Shown: positions 18,163-28,273, numbered from the stretch's first letter. The stretch is 63,061 nucleotides of DNA from an uncultured Candidatus Saccharibacteria bacterium (GCA_964445905.1 CAYUNN010000007.1:1-63061); one strand, 5' to 3'. The notes: generated by a model not told the origin, from the sequence alone. Program-made: numbers and translations.

Positions 18163-19051
18163 CTACTCTCAGCTTAGCAGAACGAGAACGAGGATTTGTT
18201 TCAATCTCTGCTCCACTTGGCCTTATCGGCTTTTTAGTTATTATTTTAAGTAATCCCTCCTTAACTTTATTTTTAAAAAAATTTTTAGTAATCCGATCTT
18301 CAAGAGAATGAAAAGATATTACTAATATTCTTCCTGAAGGTTCTAGAATGTCGAAAGCTTGACTTAGTCCTTTCTCAAAGCTGTTTAATTCATCGTTTAC
18401 CGCGATTCTTAAAGCTTGGAAAGTGCGGGTGGCAAAATGAATTCTTTTGTGATGATACCAAGAAGGTGTAGCTTTTCTTAAAACTTCTACTAAATTTTTT
18501 GTTGTCTCAATAGAAGATCTCTTTCTTTCTTCTATTATTTTGCTGGCAATTCTCTTGCAAAATCTTTCTTCTCCATATTCTTTTATTATTTTTTCAATAT
18601 CTTCTCTAGGAAATTCATTTATTATTTTTCTTGCCGTTAAATTGTTTTCCTTCGGATTATATCTCATGTCTAATTCTTCTTCTTTCCTAAAGGAGAATCC
18701 TCTGTTGCTTTCTTCCATGTGCCAACTAGAGAATCCCAGATCGAACAAGAAGCCACTAGTTTTAAAATTACGGTTTTCAATAATCGATTTCAAGTTAGAA
18801 AAATTATCGCAGACAAAAATTATTCTTCCTTTATTCCATCCATTCGTTTCAAAACAATTTTCAATCTTCAATTTAGTTTTTTCAAGTATTTCTGGATCTC
18901 TTTCTATTCCTATAAGCTTGCCCGATGGAGAGATTTTCTCTAAAATTGCCAATCCGTGACCTCCCTCCCCTAAAGTGCAATCAACAAAATTCTTGCCTGG
19001 TTTCGGTTTTAAAAATTCTATTACCTCTTTTCGAAGAACAGGAATATGCAT
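18143..19051 (-). CDS. rsmH: 16S rRNA (cytosine1402-N4)-methyltransferase
   Basis: MHIPVLRKEV...DCTLGEGGH, DLGFSS, SFHSLEDR. Confidence 0.92.
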   Translation of the reverse strand: MHIPVLRKEVIEFLKPKPGKNFVDCTLGEGGHGLAILEKISPSGKLIGIERDPEILEKTKLKIENCFETNGWNKGRIIFVCDNFSNLKSIIENRNFKTSGFLFDLGFSSWHMEESNRGFSFRKEEELDMRYNPKENNLTARKIINEFPREDIEKIIKEYGEERFCKRIASKIIEERKRSSIETTKNLVEVLRKATPSWYHHKRIHFATRTFQALRIAVNDELNSFEKGLSQAFDILEPSGRILVISFHSLEDRITKNFFKNKVKEGLLKIITKKPIRPSGAEIETNPRSRSAKLRVGEKNNV

Positions 19052-19052
19052 T

Positions 19053-19484
19053 TTAAACGCCTAATTCTTTTAATCTTCCCGCTATATCACCTACGGCACC
19101 TTCTGTCTTTCTCTTATAATCTTCCCATCCCCTTTCATCCCAAATTTCTAGTCTATTAAAAAGACCTATCACTGCTACTTTTTTTTCCAAAGAAGCATAT
19201 TTTTTCAAATAATCAGGAACAAGGATTCGTCCAAGGTTATCTAGCTTTACATCCATGGCTCCAGCAAGCATTATTCGAGCAAAATTTCTAGCATCAATTT
19301 GAGCCGCGGGAAGATTACCTAACTTTTCAGCCAAGTTTTGCCATTCCTTTATTGGATAAACCACAAGACAATTATCAATTCCGCGAGTAATAATCGCTTT
19401 ACCTCCTAGCTCTTTTCTAAATTTTGACGGAATGGCTAGTCTTTTTTTCTTATCAATTGTATGAGAGTATTCTCCTATAAACAT
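19053..19484 (-). CDS. mraZ: Transcriptional regulator MraZ
   Basis: MFIGEYSHTIDKKKRLAIPSKFR and a second SpoVT/AbrB-like repeat (DxxGR). Confidence 0.92.
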   Translation of the reverse strand: MFIGEYSHTIDKKKRLAIPSKFRKELGGKAIITRGIDNCLVVYPIKEWQNLAEKLGNLPAAQIDARNFARIMLAGAMDVKLDNLGRILVPDYLKKYASLEKKVAVIGLFNRLEIWDERGWEDYKRKTEGAVGDIAGRLKELGV

Positions 19485-19510
19485 ATTTTATCCCCAGATA
19501 TAAGACCTTT

Positions 19511-19557
19511 TCCCACTTTTTTCCACATTTATAACCTACAATTACAGAATATCCCAC
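19511..19557 (-). promoter_or_regulatory. Candidate MraZ boxes (GTGGGA/GTGGAA direct repeats) upstream of mraZ
   Basis: Minus-strand GTGGGA at 19516-19511, GTGGAA at 19526-19521 (10-bp phasing) and GTGGGA at 19557-19552, 27-73 nt upstream of the mraZ ATG. Confidence 0.4.
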
Positions 19558-19619
19558 TAGAGCAACCTTGTCAATCTAAAAAATGGCTTATTTCTCCACA
19601 AATTATCCCCAAATAAAAA

Positions 19620-19636
19620 CAGCCTCAAAAAGGCTG
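19620..19636 (-). terminator. Intrinsic terminator after the 373-aa gene
   Basis: cagcc-tcaaaaa-ggctg hairpin flanked by A and T runs. Confidence 0.65.
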
Positions 19637-19675
19637 TTTTTTTACAAAAAATCTTATAAATCCTTAGTAAATAGG

Positions 19676-20797
19676 CTACATGTTTTCTAATTCTTCCAGA
19701 TCCCATTCGTGAATTTCAACCGGAAATTCATACATCTCTTCAGTTGGGAATGAATCTCCAAATTGAGGCCCATAAAAATCCATTCCTCCCATCATCATCC
19801 GCATCATCATCTGCTGCATTATATCTTCTAGGGTTATAAATTCCTGAGGAGCAATAACAGTAATCGGTTTATTAAAGTTAGAAAAGTTAATTTCTGCCTG
19901 GACTGATAATCTTCCTTCTTCTTCAGCTATTTCTTTTATATCTACTTCTTTATTAAACTTTACCCTGTAAAGATAATTATCTTTTTGACCAATCCAAACT
20001 TTAAAAGATATTGAACCCATTATTTCAAAAAATTCATCTATAGCTTCTGAAACATCTTCTTTCATTCCTAGCTTGTCCTGCCCTTCTGGTAACATTTCGG
20101 GATTAGCTTCCAATAATATTTCTAATACTTCGGGAAACAATTCTCTTACTGCTTTTTGATCTAACTCTAAAAGATAATGATATACTTTCTTTCCGTTAAT
20201 TTCTTCATCGGGCAATTCTTCTACTACCCTATAAAGATCTTTTTTCTCTACAATATCCTTAATCTTGTTAATAATATTTTCCTGTTCTTCTTCTGGCAAT
20301 GTCTGGCCAGAAAATCCTTCTAAATCTTTTTGATCAATTTTTATCCACTGATCTTCAATCAAAGGAATTATTGCAGATAATAACTCATTTTCATCTAAAG
20401 ACAGGCTGTCAATTTTAAAGTATAATGTTTCCCCTAGTCCTATTGCTTGGCCTCTTCCAGAAATAGATATTTCTTCAGAATAAAGACTCGTTTCGAAATC
20501 AGATTTGCTCTTTGGATTATTAAGATCTACTTTATCTGCATCAGTAGAAAAATTAATTAAAGAGCTCATAGCTTTATTGCCTTCTCCGTCTTGAACATCA
20601 AGGTTAATAATAACCTCACTACGAACAGTATCTAGCTTGCTCATCTTAGCTGCCATCTGGGCGATAACAACGTCAGGATTAGGTCTAGCATTAAAAGGAT
20701 TCCACGAGGGATTCCAAATATTAGCGTAAAGAGCCGCTACGGTTCCTCCAACCCCTACTAAGATTAAAATAACAACGACTATGGCTATTTTTTTCAT
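19676..20797 (-). CDS. Hypothetical signal-anchored extracytoplasmic protein with a Met-rich C-terminus
   Basis: N-terminal TM helix, acidic body, MQQMMMRMMMGGMDF tail. No family recognised. Confidence 0.5.
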   Translation of the reverse strand: MKKIAIVVVILILVGVGGTVAALYANIWNPSWNPFNARPNPDVVIAQMAAKMSKLDTVRSEVIINLDVQDGEGNKAMSSLINFSTDADKVDLNNPKSKSDFETSLYSEEISISGRGQAIGLGETLYFKIDSLSLDENELLSAIIPLIEDQWIKIDQKDLEGFSGQTLPEEEQENIINKIKDIVEKKDLYRVVEELPDEEINGKKVYHYLLELDQKAVRELFPEVLEILLEANPEMLPEGQDKLGMKEDVSEAIDEFFEIMGSISFKVWIGQKDNYLYRVKFNKEVDIKEIAEEEGRLSVQAEINFSNFNKPITVIAPQEFITLEDIMQQMMMRMMMGGMDFYGPQFGDSFPTEEMYEFPVEIHEWDLEELENM

Positions 20798-20853
20798 ATT
20801 TATTTGTTTAATTAATAACTAAAAATAAAAACCTTTATTGTATTATACAAATA

Positions 20854-23406
20854 TTAACGAGAATTAACAATTAATCTAAACTCTTCGGGATCAACCCCAA
20901 CGCTATCTCCTCTTTTTAAATCTCCTCTAAGCAATGCTTCAGCCAATGCATTCTCTACATTATCCTGAATCACTCTTTTCATTTCTCTTGCTCCAAAATT
21001 AGGATTATAACCCAAGTCAACCACTCTTTCTTTAAGCTCAGGAGTAATAACAAATTCTATATCTTTTTTAATAAGATTTTCTTTAGACTCGCTAAGCAAT
21101 AATTCAGCTATATCAATCAGGTTCTTTTTTGTTAACGGTTTAAAAATTACTAATCCATCAAATCTATTAACAAGTTCGGGCCGAAAAACTTTATTCTCAA
21201 ATATAAAATCAAGAAGACTGTTTTCTATTTCTTCAAAAGGAGTTTTCTTTTTAATAGCATCTAATATTATTGAAAATCCTGCGTTCGAAGTGGCAATAAT
21301 AATTGTGTTTTTAAAGCTAACTTTTCTTCCTAATCCATCGGTTAAGCGACCCTCATCAAGAACCTGTAAGAACAAATTTAAAATATTTGGATGAGCTTTT
21401 TCAAATTCGTCTAAAAGAACTAAAGAAAAAGGATCTTCTCTAACCTTTGTAGTTAAAAGACCTTCTTCTCCTGGCGAGCCAATTAAACGAGGAATATCTT
21501 CAACTGATTGGAATTCAGACATATCTAATCTTATCATTTTGATCTCAGAGCCAAAATAAATCTCTGACAAAGCCTTGGCTGTTTCTGTCTTACCTACTCC
21601 AGTAGGACCAAGGAATAAGAATGTTCCCATCGGCCCCTTTCTTTCTGTAATTTCAGCTCTTGCTCTTCTTAGAGCAGAGCTAATTAAACTTACCGCCATT
21701 TTCTGATTAATTATCCTTTTGTGAATTAAATTCTCTAGATCCAGTAGTTTCTCTTTTTCTTGTGTTTCTGTTTCTCCTACTGGAATTTTTGTCTTGTCTG
21801 AAATAACTTTTGCAACATGTTTTGGTAAAACAAATTTCTCTCTGATAGAAACGGTATAAACCATAATTTCATCTAATAAATCAACTGCCTTTTTAGGAAA
21901 TGGAGCGTCTTGTATATATTTATCAGCAAAATTAACAATATCTCTTAAAGCAAGGTAGGAAACGAATAACCCATACTTTTTTTCCAAACCAAAAGTAATT
22001 CTTTCTAAAATTCTTAAGGTTTCCTCCTTAGAAAGCTCTGAAACTTCTACTTTTTCAAATAAAGACACGATAGAAGAGTTCTGTTCAATATTTTTATGTA
22101 AACCAGAAAAAGTAGTAAGAGCAATTATCCGAAACTGAGGGAAATGAAGATACCTCGAAATCATTCCAGAAACGTCAACTACGCCTGGGCCGCTAATCCC
22201 TCTAATATAATTATGGAAATCCTCTATTACCAAAACAACATTTCCCGCTTCAATTGCTTCTTGAAATATCCTTTCTAAAACATAGTCTAATTCTTCTGAA
22301 CTTTCTGTATTAGCAGCAACCAAAGATAAATCTAACTTAACAAACCTCTTGTGATTTACTTCGGGCAGCAAATTACCCAAGAAGCTCATTTCAGACAAAT
22401 AAGAAACTACATTATTTTTGCCTACCCCAGGCTGCCCCACCAACAAAACGTTATTCATTTCGCCACGAGATAAAATTCTTTCTATTTTTTTTAACTCTTC
22501 TTTATAACCAGTTATTTCAGAAAATCCGTAATGTTTAATTTTTTCAGAAATATCAAATGAGAATTTATCTAAGGTTATTGTGTAACCAGAAGCCCAATTT
22601 TTTCCTAAACTTCCCATTCTAATCAAATTTTCCCACTCCCAAAATCTCTTCTTTTTAATCATTCTTTTCCTGAAAGAATCTATCCACCAAGTTAGGTTTT
22701 CAATGTCCTCCGGTCTAATTTTTGCTTGAATCAAGACCTCTCTTAAAACAGAATTATGCTCAACAAGAGCAGTAATCATATCCCCTGTTTCTATTCTCTC
22801 GTGGCCTTTCTTTTGAGCTACCTCAAAAGATTTCCAGATTACCCGCTTAAAGTCTTCTGAATAATCTTTGCTAAAGCCACTTTTTTCAATATTCTTAAGA
22901 TGTTCTTTCATTATTTCTTTAATCTCTTTCCAGTTAAGATTAACTCTGGAAAATATAAAATTAATCTCTTCGTTGCTTTTTAAGACAAAATAAGCAAGAA
23001 CCGAAGAATTAATTTCGGGAATTCTTTTTGATTTAGAAAATTTAAAAGAATGATAAACCGATTCTGTGCATTCAAAGTCTAAAAATTCAGCCAAATTAAA
23101 TACTTCTGAACTAAAAAAAATGTCATTTATTGTTTTTTTAAGCTTTGGATGTTTAAGTTTAATTTCAAAAAACAAGACAGCAAACCAAGAAACAATAAAA
23201 AAAGAAAGGGTAATTAAAAAACTGCCAAGCAAAAACTTGAGCAACATCTGACCAAATGTTTGAGTTAAAAAACCATAAATAAAAGAAAAAAACAGAACAA
23301 AAAGAAATACAAGAAGAAGACGATTAATAAGCCCTATCAACTTAAAGGTTTTTGACCATTTAACTGCCTGATAAATTGCCGCTTTTTTAAAATCAAAATT
23401 AAACAT
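20854..23406 (-). CDS. Clp/Hsp100-family double-AAA+ ATPase with an N-terminal membrane domain
   Basis: ~3 N-terminal TM helices and a Clp_N-like repeat. NBD1 has GQPGVGKNN / VIEDFH (degenerate). NBD2 has GPTGVGKTETAKAL / LLDEFEKAH and a C-terminal GAREMKRVIQ. Confidence 0.8.
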   Translation of the reverse strand: MFNFDFKKAAIYQAVKWSKTFKLIGLINRLLLVFLFVLFFSFIYGFLTQTFGQMLLKFLLGSFLITLSFFIVSWFAVLFFEIKLKHPKLKKTINDIFFSSEVFNLAEFLDFECTESVYHSFKFSKSKRIPEINSSVLAYFVLKSNEEINFIFSRVNLNWKEIKEIMKEHLKNIEKSGFSKDYSEDFKRVIWKSFEVAQKKGHERIETGDMITALVEHNSVLREVLIQAKIRPEDIENLTWWIDSFRKRMIKKKRFWEWENLIRMGSLGKNWASGYTITLDKFSFDISEKIKHYGFSEITGYKEELKKIERILSRGEMNNVLLVGQPGVGKNNVVSYLSEMSFLGNLLPEVNHKRFVKLDLSLVAANTESSEELDYVLERIFQEAIEAGNVVLVIEDFHNYIRGISGPGVVDVSGMISRYLHFPQFRIIALTTFSGLHKNIEQNSSIVSLFEKVEVSELSKEETLRILERITFGLEKKYGLFVSYLALRDIVNFADKYIQDAPFPKKAVDLLDEIMVYTVSIREKFVLPKHVAKVISDKTKIPVGETETQEKEKLLDLENLIHKRIINQKMAVSLISSALRRARAEITERKGPMGTFLFLGPTGVGKTETAKALSEIYFGSEIKMIRLDMSEFQSVEDIPRLIGSPGEEGLLTTKVREDPFSLVLLDEFEKAHPNILNLFLQVLDEGRLTDGLGRKVSFKNTIIIATSNAGFSIILDAIKKKTPFEEIENSLLDFIFENKVFRPELVNRFDGLVIFKPLTKKNLIDIAELLLSESKENLIKKDIEFVITPELKERVVDLGYNPNFGAREMKRVIQDNVENALAEALLRGDLKRGDSVGVDPEEFRLIVNSR

Positions 23407-23408
23407 GA

Positions 23409-23807
23409 TTAAAATAAAACTCTAAGTCCTAAAATAAAAACAAAAAGTAAAGCTAGAGGCCATAAAAACCACAAAAATAATAAAAATAATCCCAAGAAAA
23501 ATATAAGGATTTCCAGTATTATTCCAACAATAATTAAAATGATTCTCAATATGGCTCCTAACGCCCTAGAGATAGCATTTGAAACAAACGCTTCTAAGTA
23601 TACTTTAAAATCAAAACCTCTTCCATAAGACCAGGTATAATTTCGCCAAGGAGAAAAAAGTGTCCTTAAAAGATAAATGATAGAAAAATATTCTAAATTA
23701 AATTTAAGAAAATTAACCCAAGCTTTAAAAATAACTTTGGGTTGATCAAAGAAATACCATTCCAGGAAACTCATCAAAATAATTTTTTTATTAGCGACTC
23801 GTCCCAT
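23409..23807 (-). CDS. Hypothetical membrane protein
   Basis: 132-aa ORF with 3-4 TM helices, located 3 nt downstream of the clp-like gene stop. Confidence 0.5.
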   Translation of the reverse strand: MGRVANKKIILMSFLEWYFFDQPKVIFKAWVNFLKFNLEYFSIIYLLRTLFSPWRNYTWSYGRGFDFKVYLEAFVSNAISRALGAILRIILIIVGIILEILIFFLGLFLLFLWFLWPLALLFVFILGLRVLF

Positions 23808-23946
23808 TAATTTATTATATCATTTAATATTATTTTTTAAAGAAAATTTTAACAGAAATAAAATTGAAAATATTATTAAATAAAGGCCAGAAAAACCAAA
23901 AAATCCTGCACATTTTTACAGATTTTTTTTGGTTTTAAAAAATAAA

Positions 23947-24486
23947 TTAAATTTGTTTTTCTTTTTTATCAGTCGTTACTCTGCCTCCTTGCCATTGACC
24001 ACGATACAAATTAGATTCTCCTCTAACTTCAAAAAACATCAAGTGTAATACCCGAGAACCAAGTTCTAACTTAAAAACTTCGTCTCTAAAATTATACATT
24101 CCCATTGTTAGCCCTCCACAATAGCCAGGAGCGACTTGACCGCCAAAAATATAGACGCCTGATCTAAAAAGAGTCGAGCGAGGAGTAAAAATAGCCAAAA
24201 CATCTTTTGGCATATTTACCTTCTCAATTGTTTTCATTAAATAATATGTTTTTGGTTTTAAAGAAACTTCCATTTTCTCATCTTGATTAAACTTTGTAAT
24301 TAACTCTGTTTGGGGCGTGTCTCTTTCCTCTACGCCTAAAAATCCTTCTCCTTTAATTTCATATAACTCCCCTATTCTCAAATCAAACCCCGCCCCTTCA
24401 GGACTTTCAAGTTCTCTTTTAGAAAGATTTTCCACTAAATTATTCTCTCTAACTAATTGTAATAATTTTTCAGCGCCTAAGATCAT
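23947..24486 (-). CDS. dCTP deaminase / dUTPase-superfamily protein (second copy)
   Basis: GAGFDLRIGE...VAPGYCGGLTMGMYN...L.LG.RV.HLMFFEV pattern of the dcd/dut fold; 179 aa. Confidence 0.6.
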   Translation of the reverse strand: MILGAEKLLQLVRENNLVENLSKRELESPEGAGFDLRIGELYEIKGEGFLGVEERDTPQTELITKFNQDEKMEVSLKPKTYYLMKTIEKVNMPKDVLAIFTPRSTLFRSGVYIFGGQVAPGYCGGLTMGMYNFRDEVFKLELGSRVLHLMFFEVRGESNLYRGQWQGGRVTTDKKEKQI

Positions 24487-25315
24487 TTTCTGCTGCTAAA
24501 TAAACATTTTTTAAAAGAAAAGCGACCGTTAAAGGGCCAATACCTCCTGGGACAGGAGTAAGAAAAGAAACTTTTTTACTAACGCTTTCCTTGTCCACGT
24601 CTCCCGCCAAACTATTTTTTACAAATTTAATTCCTGCATCAATTAAAACAACTCCCTTTTTAATCATATATCCTTTTATAAAGCGAGGCCTGCCACAAAC
24701 TGAAATTACAATATCAGCTGAACTTATTTTAGACCGAATTTCAGAAATAGGATTATTATCGGCCAAAACATAGTTTGAGTTTATTCCGTTTTTACTAAAA
24801 AAATTTTGGAGAGTATCGCCAAAAATACCTGAATTACAAAGAGTAACGATTTCTTTACTTTTAATATCTTTTACAGAATAATTAATTGCATTCAAGACAG
24901 CTAAGGGTAAAACTGGTAAAAAGTAAGGATTGTTACTCCTAAGCAGTTTTCTATTAACCTCATGAAAACCATCAACATCTTTTTTAGGATCAACAGAAGC
25001 AATAACTCTTCCTGTATCAAAATTACTGGGCAAAGGAAGCTGAACAATAATTCCATCCACTAAAATATCCTTATTCAATTCTTTTATTTTATCAATTAGC
25101 TCAGTTTCTTTTGATTTGCTTGGAAAATTATAACAAAAAATTTTTACTCCTATTTTATAAGCAGCTTCCCTTTTTTTCCTTATATATAAATCTATCTCAG
25201 GATTTCCCCCTGCTCTGATTATGGCTAATGTCGGAGAAATACCTTTTTCTCTTATCTTTTTTTTAGTATCTTCAAGTATTTTCTCTGATATTGTTTTCCC
25301 ATTAAAAATTATCAT
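24470..25315 (-). CDS. folD: Bifunctional methylenetetrahydrofolate dehydrogenase/cyclohydrolase
   Basis: GIIVQLPLP, DVDGFH, TPVPGGIGPLTVAFLLKN. Confidence 0.9.
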   Translation of the reverse strand: MIIFNGKTISEKILEDTKKKIREKGISPTLAIIRAGGNPEIDLYIRKKREAAYKIGVKIFCYNFPSKSKETELIDKIKELNKDILVDGIIVQLPLPSNFDTGRVIASVDPKKDVDGFHEVNRKLLRSNNPYFLPVLPLAVLNAINYSVKDIKSKEIVTLCNSGIFGDTLQNFFSKNGINSNYVLADNNPISEIRSKISSADIVISVCGRPRFIKGYMIKKGVVLIDAGIKFVKNSLAGDVDKESVSKKVSFLTPVPGGIGPLTVAFLLKNVYLAAENDLRR

Positions 25316-25419
25316 AAAAAAGACAATATATTATTTTAAAAAACCCGGGACCCTCTTATTAATACATTATATTGCAATTTACCTATTCTAACAATTTATT
25401 GCTTACAAGTAACCACTCT

Positions 25420-26676
25420 TTATTTAAAAACATAATTACTATAAATAGGAAAGGCTTTAGAAATATTTTTTACTTTTTCTTTAACTTTATTTTTAATAGA
25501 ATCGGACTGGCTATTTTCAATTAACTCACAAACTAAAATAGCTATTTCTTTTGCTTCCTTTTCTTTTATTCCCCTGGTAGTAATAGCGGGAGTTCCCATC
25601 CTAATACCAGAAGGATTAAAAGCAGATTTTTCATCAAAAGGAATTTTATTTCTATTGACAAAGAGGCCTACTTTTTCCAATTCATTTTGAATAAACATTG
25701 AAGATAAACCAGTAGAAGAAATATCGACCACAAATAAATGATTATCTGTTCCTCCGCTAACAATTCTAAGCCCTCTTTCTTTAAAAACATTTACCATCTC
25801 CCTAGCATTTAATATTATTTGCTCTTGGTATTTGTTAAAACTGCTTTCCATTGCTTCTTTAAAGCAAATTGCTTTAGCAGCAATCACATGCTCTAATGGC
25901 CCCCCTTGTACTCCGGGAAAAACTGCTCTATCAATTTTTTCTGCCAATTCTTCTTTACATAAAATTAATCCTCCTCTTGGTCCTCGCAAAGTCTTATGAG
26001 TCGTAGTAGTTACTACATCAGCAAAAGGAAAGGGGTGAGGATGAACCCCGGCCACAACCAGTCCTGCAATATGAGCAATGTCAGCCAGCAAGTAAGCCCC
26101 AACTTTATCAGCCACTTCTTTAAATTTCTTAAAGTCAAGTTTTCTAGAATAAGAAGTAGTAGAGGCAATTATAAGTTTAGGTTCAAATTTTTGGGCTTTC
26201 TCTTCTAAGTCATCGAAGTCAATCATTTCAGTCTTCTTGTTAACCCCATAATGAAAGAAATTATATGTGCGTCCAGAAAAATTAATTTTGGCCCCGTGAC
26301 TTAAATGCCCACCAGCAGATAAATCAAGAGCTAAAACTTTATCGCCAGGATGGAGAAGAGCAAAATAAGCAGCTTCGTTAGCCTGAGATCCTGAATGAGG
26401 TTGAACATTAGCATGATCTGCCTTAAATAATCTCTTGGCCCTATCAATAGCTATTTCTTCAATTTTATCAATAAAGCAATTACCAGAATAATACCTTTTT
26501 CCAGGATAACCCTCAGAGTACTTATTACTTAAGGGAGTAGCCATAACCGAAAGAACTTCCCAAGAAGCGTAATTCTCCGAAGGAATTAAAGTCAATCCTT
26601 CCTTCTGACGAGAAATCTCATTTTTAACTAAATTATAAATTTTGGGATCTGTTATATCTAAATTCATTTTAATCAT
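25420..26676 (-). CDS. glyA: Serine hydroxymethyltransferase
   Basis: LTLIPSENY, NKYSEGYPGKRYY, TTTTHKTLRGPRGG (PLP lysine). Confidence 0.93.
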   Translation of the reverse strand: MIKMNLDITDPKIYNLVKNEISRQKEGLTLIPSENYASWEVLSVMATPLSNKYSEGYPGKRYYSGNCFIDKIEEIAIDRAKRLFKADHANVQPHSGSQANEAAYFALLHPGDKVLALDLSAGGHLSHGAKINFSGRTYNFFHYGVNKKTEMIDFDDLEEKAQKFEPKLIIASTTSYSRKLDFKKFKEVADKVGAYLLADIAHIAGLVVAGVHPHPFPFADVVTTTTHKTLRGPRGGLILCKEELAEKIDRAVFPGVQGGPLEHVIAAKAICFKEAMESSFNKYQEQIILNAREMVNVFKERGLRIVSGGTDNHLFVVDISSTGLSSMFIQNELEKVGLFVNRNKIPFDEKSAFNPSGIRMGTPAITTRGIKEKEAKEIAILVCELIENSQSDSIKNKVKEKVKNISKAFPIYSNYVFK

Positions 26677-28273
26677 TAATTTTTCTTAAAATCTCTTGAA
26701 ACTTCTTCTCTAAATCTTCTTTCATCTCTCCGTGAAAATCTTCATCGTAATCTTTAACTAGTTTTTTGATATAACCGCAACTTTTTTCTTCGGGACAAAA
26801 ACCAACTAGTTCGCATTTAGAAAGAATTAAGTTTCCCAACCAACCAATTTCTTTTTCGTTCAAATGTTTTTTAATTAAAGCTACTTCTTCTAGAGTATTA
26901 CTTCTCATTTCTTCTTCGGCTGTCTGGCAAAGACGCAAAGGATAATAGCCAGTTAAAAGATTATATAAATCATAAGATTGTAAAACATCTAATTTTATAG
27001 CTCTTGGAATCAAGAAAATTGCTTCTCTTTTTGGAATTCCCAGATCAACTAATTTTACATAGCTTTCAAAAGAATCTTTAGCTACTAACAAATACTCTTT
27101 TAAATAATCAGGATTTTCTTTTATAAGAGAGGGTATCGAAATAACTTCCTCTGCTTTATTAATGATATCATTGCTAAGATTCCCTTCTTCAATTTTTTCT
27201 CCTATTTCATTAAATTTTCTCACTGCTCTATTCACACAATAATAAATAGATTCAACAATTTGAGGACAAGTTCGATGCCTTTTCTTTTCTCCCCAAACTC
27301 GCCAAGGAACAGAAGAAAGAATATCAATTTTTGCTGCAAGATTATAGTCCCTCAATATTTTACGCCGAGAGAGTAAAATTTCCTGCCATTTTTCCTTAAT
27401 CTTTTCTTTGCTTTTAACTGTTTCTTTTATTTCTTCCCAATGACTTTCTAGTTTTTCTTTCAGCTTAGGCGAAATATTAAAACTAGATGAAACTATTTCA
27501 AATTTTTCTTTTTTCTTCTCTGCTAACTCTCTTGTCAAATTGAAATCCTCTGGGTTCTTAAAAATATTCGGATAAGGATAACTGTTTCTGGGAGCGATTG
27601 AACGAGTACTGTAAAGTAAATCAACTCCCATTTCTTTAAATTTTTTCTCTAGTTCATTAATCAGCAAACCGGCTTCTTCCGGCATCCACTCTTTTTCAAT
27701 TTCATATTCTCTTTTAAAAGAAACTATGGATTCTAGGGGCAACTGAATAATACCTGTTCCGTAAATACCGTATTGTAAAATCTTTGAAGAAGTATCTTTT
27801 TTTACTCCTTTATCAAGAAGAGAGTTATAGAAATCTATCTTTCTATAAGAAGATTTTAAGTAAATATTTTTTGCTTCCTTATTTTTTAAAATTTCTTTAG
27901 GAAAAACAATATCCTCTTTGGAAGTATTGGTTCTTCTTCCAGAGCTTACAAGAAAAGATCCAAAATACATTCCCGTCAAAAGAGAATCTAGAAACTTGCT
28001 TCCTTCGTATAAAAAAGAAACTACTGGCGTAGTAGCTAAAGAAGCATGTCCTTTTAAGGAAGATTTTCTTAAAATCTTCTTGATCCTGTCGTCCACTTCT
28101 TCGCCTTTATCTAAGGTTTCTTTTAATAATTCCTGAACTGATTTACCTTTAAAGGTTAAGAGACCAGAAAAAGATACTATTTCTTGAGGATTAAAAAAAC
28201 CCATTTCTTGATTTAAAACAGGCACAATTCCTAAAAATTTTATTTTAAGATCTTTGGTAGTTAATTCTTCCAT
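26669..28273 (-). CDS. thyX: ThyX-like flavin-dependent thymidylate synthase, double-length (534 aa)
   Basis: The C-terminal half has RHRTCPQIVES (the RHR-x7-S ThyX motif) and a later LIPRA...LR..Q.A.EEMR. The N-terminal half has a GH..L and SSGRR degenerate copy. It lies between dcd and glyA. Confidence 0.55.
   Translation of the reverse strand: MEELTTKDLKIKFLGIVPVLNQEMGFFNPQEIVSFSGLLTFKGKSVQELLKETLDKGEEVDDRIKKILRKSSLKGHASLATTPVVSFLYEGSKFLDSLLTGMYFGSFLVSSGRRTNTSKEDIVFPKEILKNKEAKNIYLKSSYRKIDFYNSLLDKGVKKDTSSKILQYGIYGTGIIQLPLESIVSFKREYEIEKEWMPEEAGLLINELEKKFKEMGVDLLYSTRSIAPRNSYPYPNIFKNPEDFNLTRELAEKKKEKFEIVSSSFNISPKLKEKLESHWEEIKETVKSKEKIKEKWQEILLSRRKILRDYNLAAKIDILSSVPWRVWGEKKRHRTCPQIVESIYYCVNRAVRKFNEIGEKIEEGNLSNDIINKAEEVISIPSLIKENPDYLKEYLLVAKDSFESYVKLVDLGIPKREAIFLIPRAIKLDVLQSYDLYNLLTGYYPLRLCQTAEEEMRSNTLEEVALIKKHLNEKEIGWLGNLILSKCELVGFCPEEKSCGYIKKLVKDYDEDFHGEMKEDLEKKFQEILRKIND

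Noticed and set aside
19676-19800. Met-rich C-terminal tail (MQQMMMRMMMGGM) as a metal (Cu) binding motif
   Set aside because: It is a short low-complexity stretch in an uncharacterised protein, with no supporting context such as copper-handling genes.
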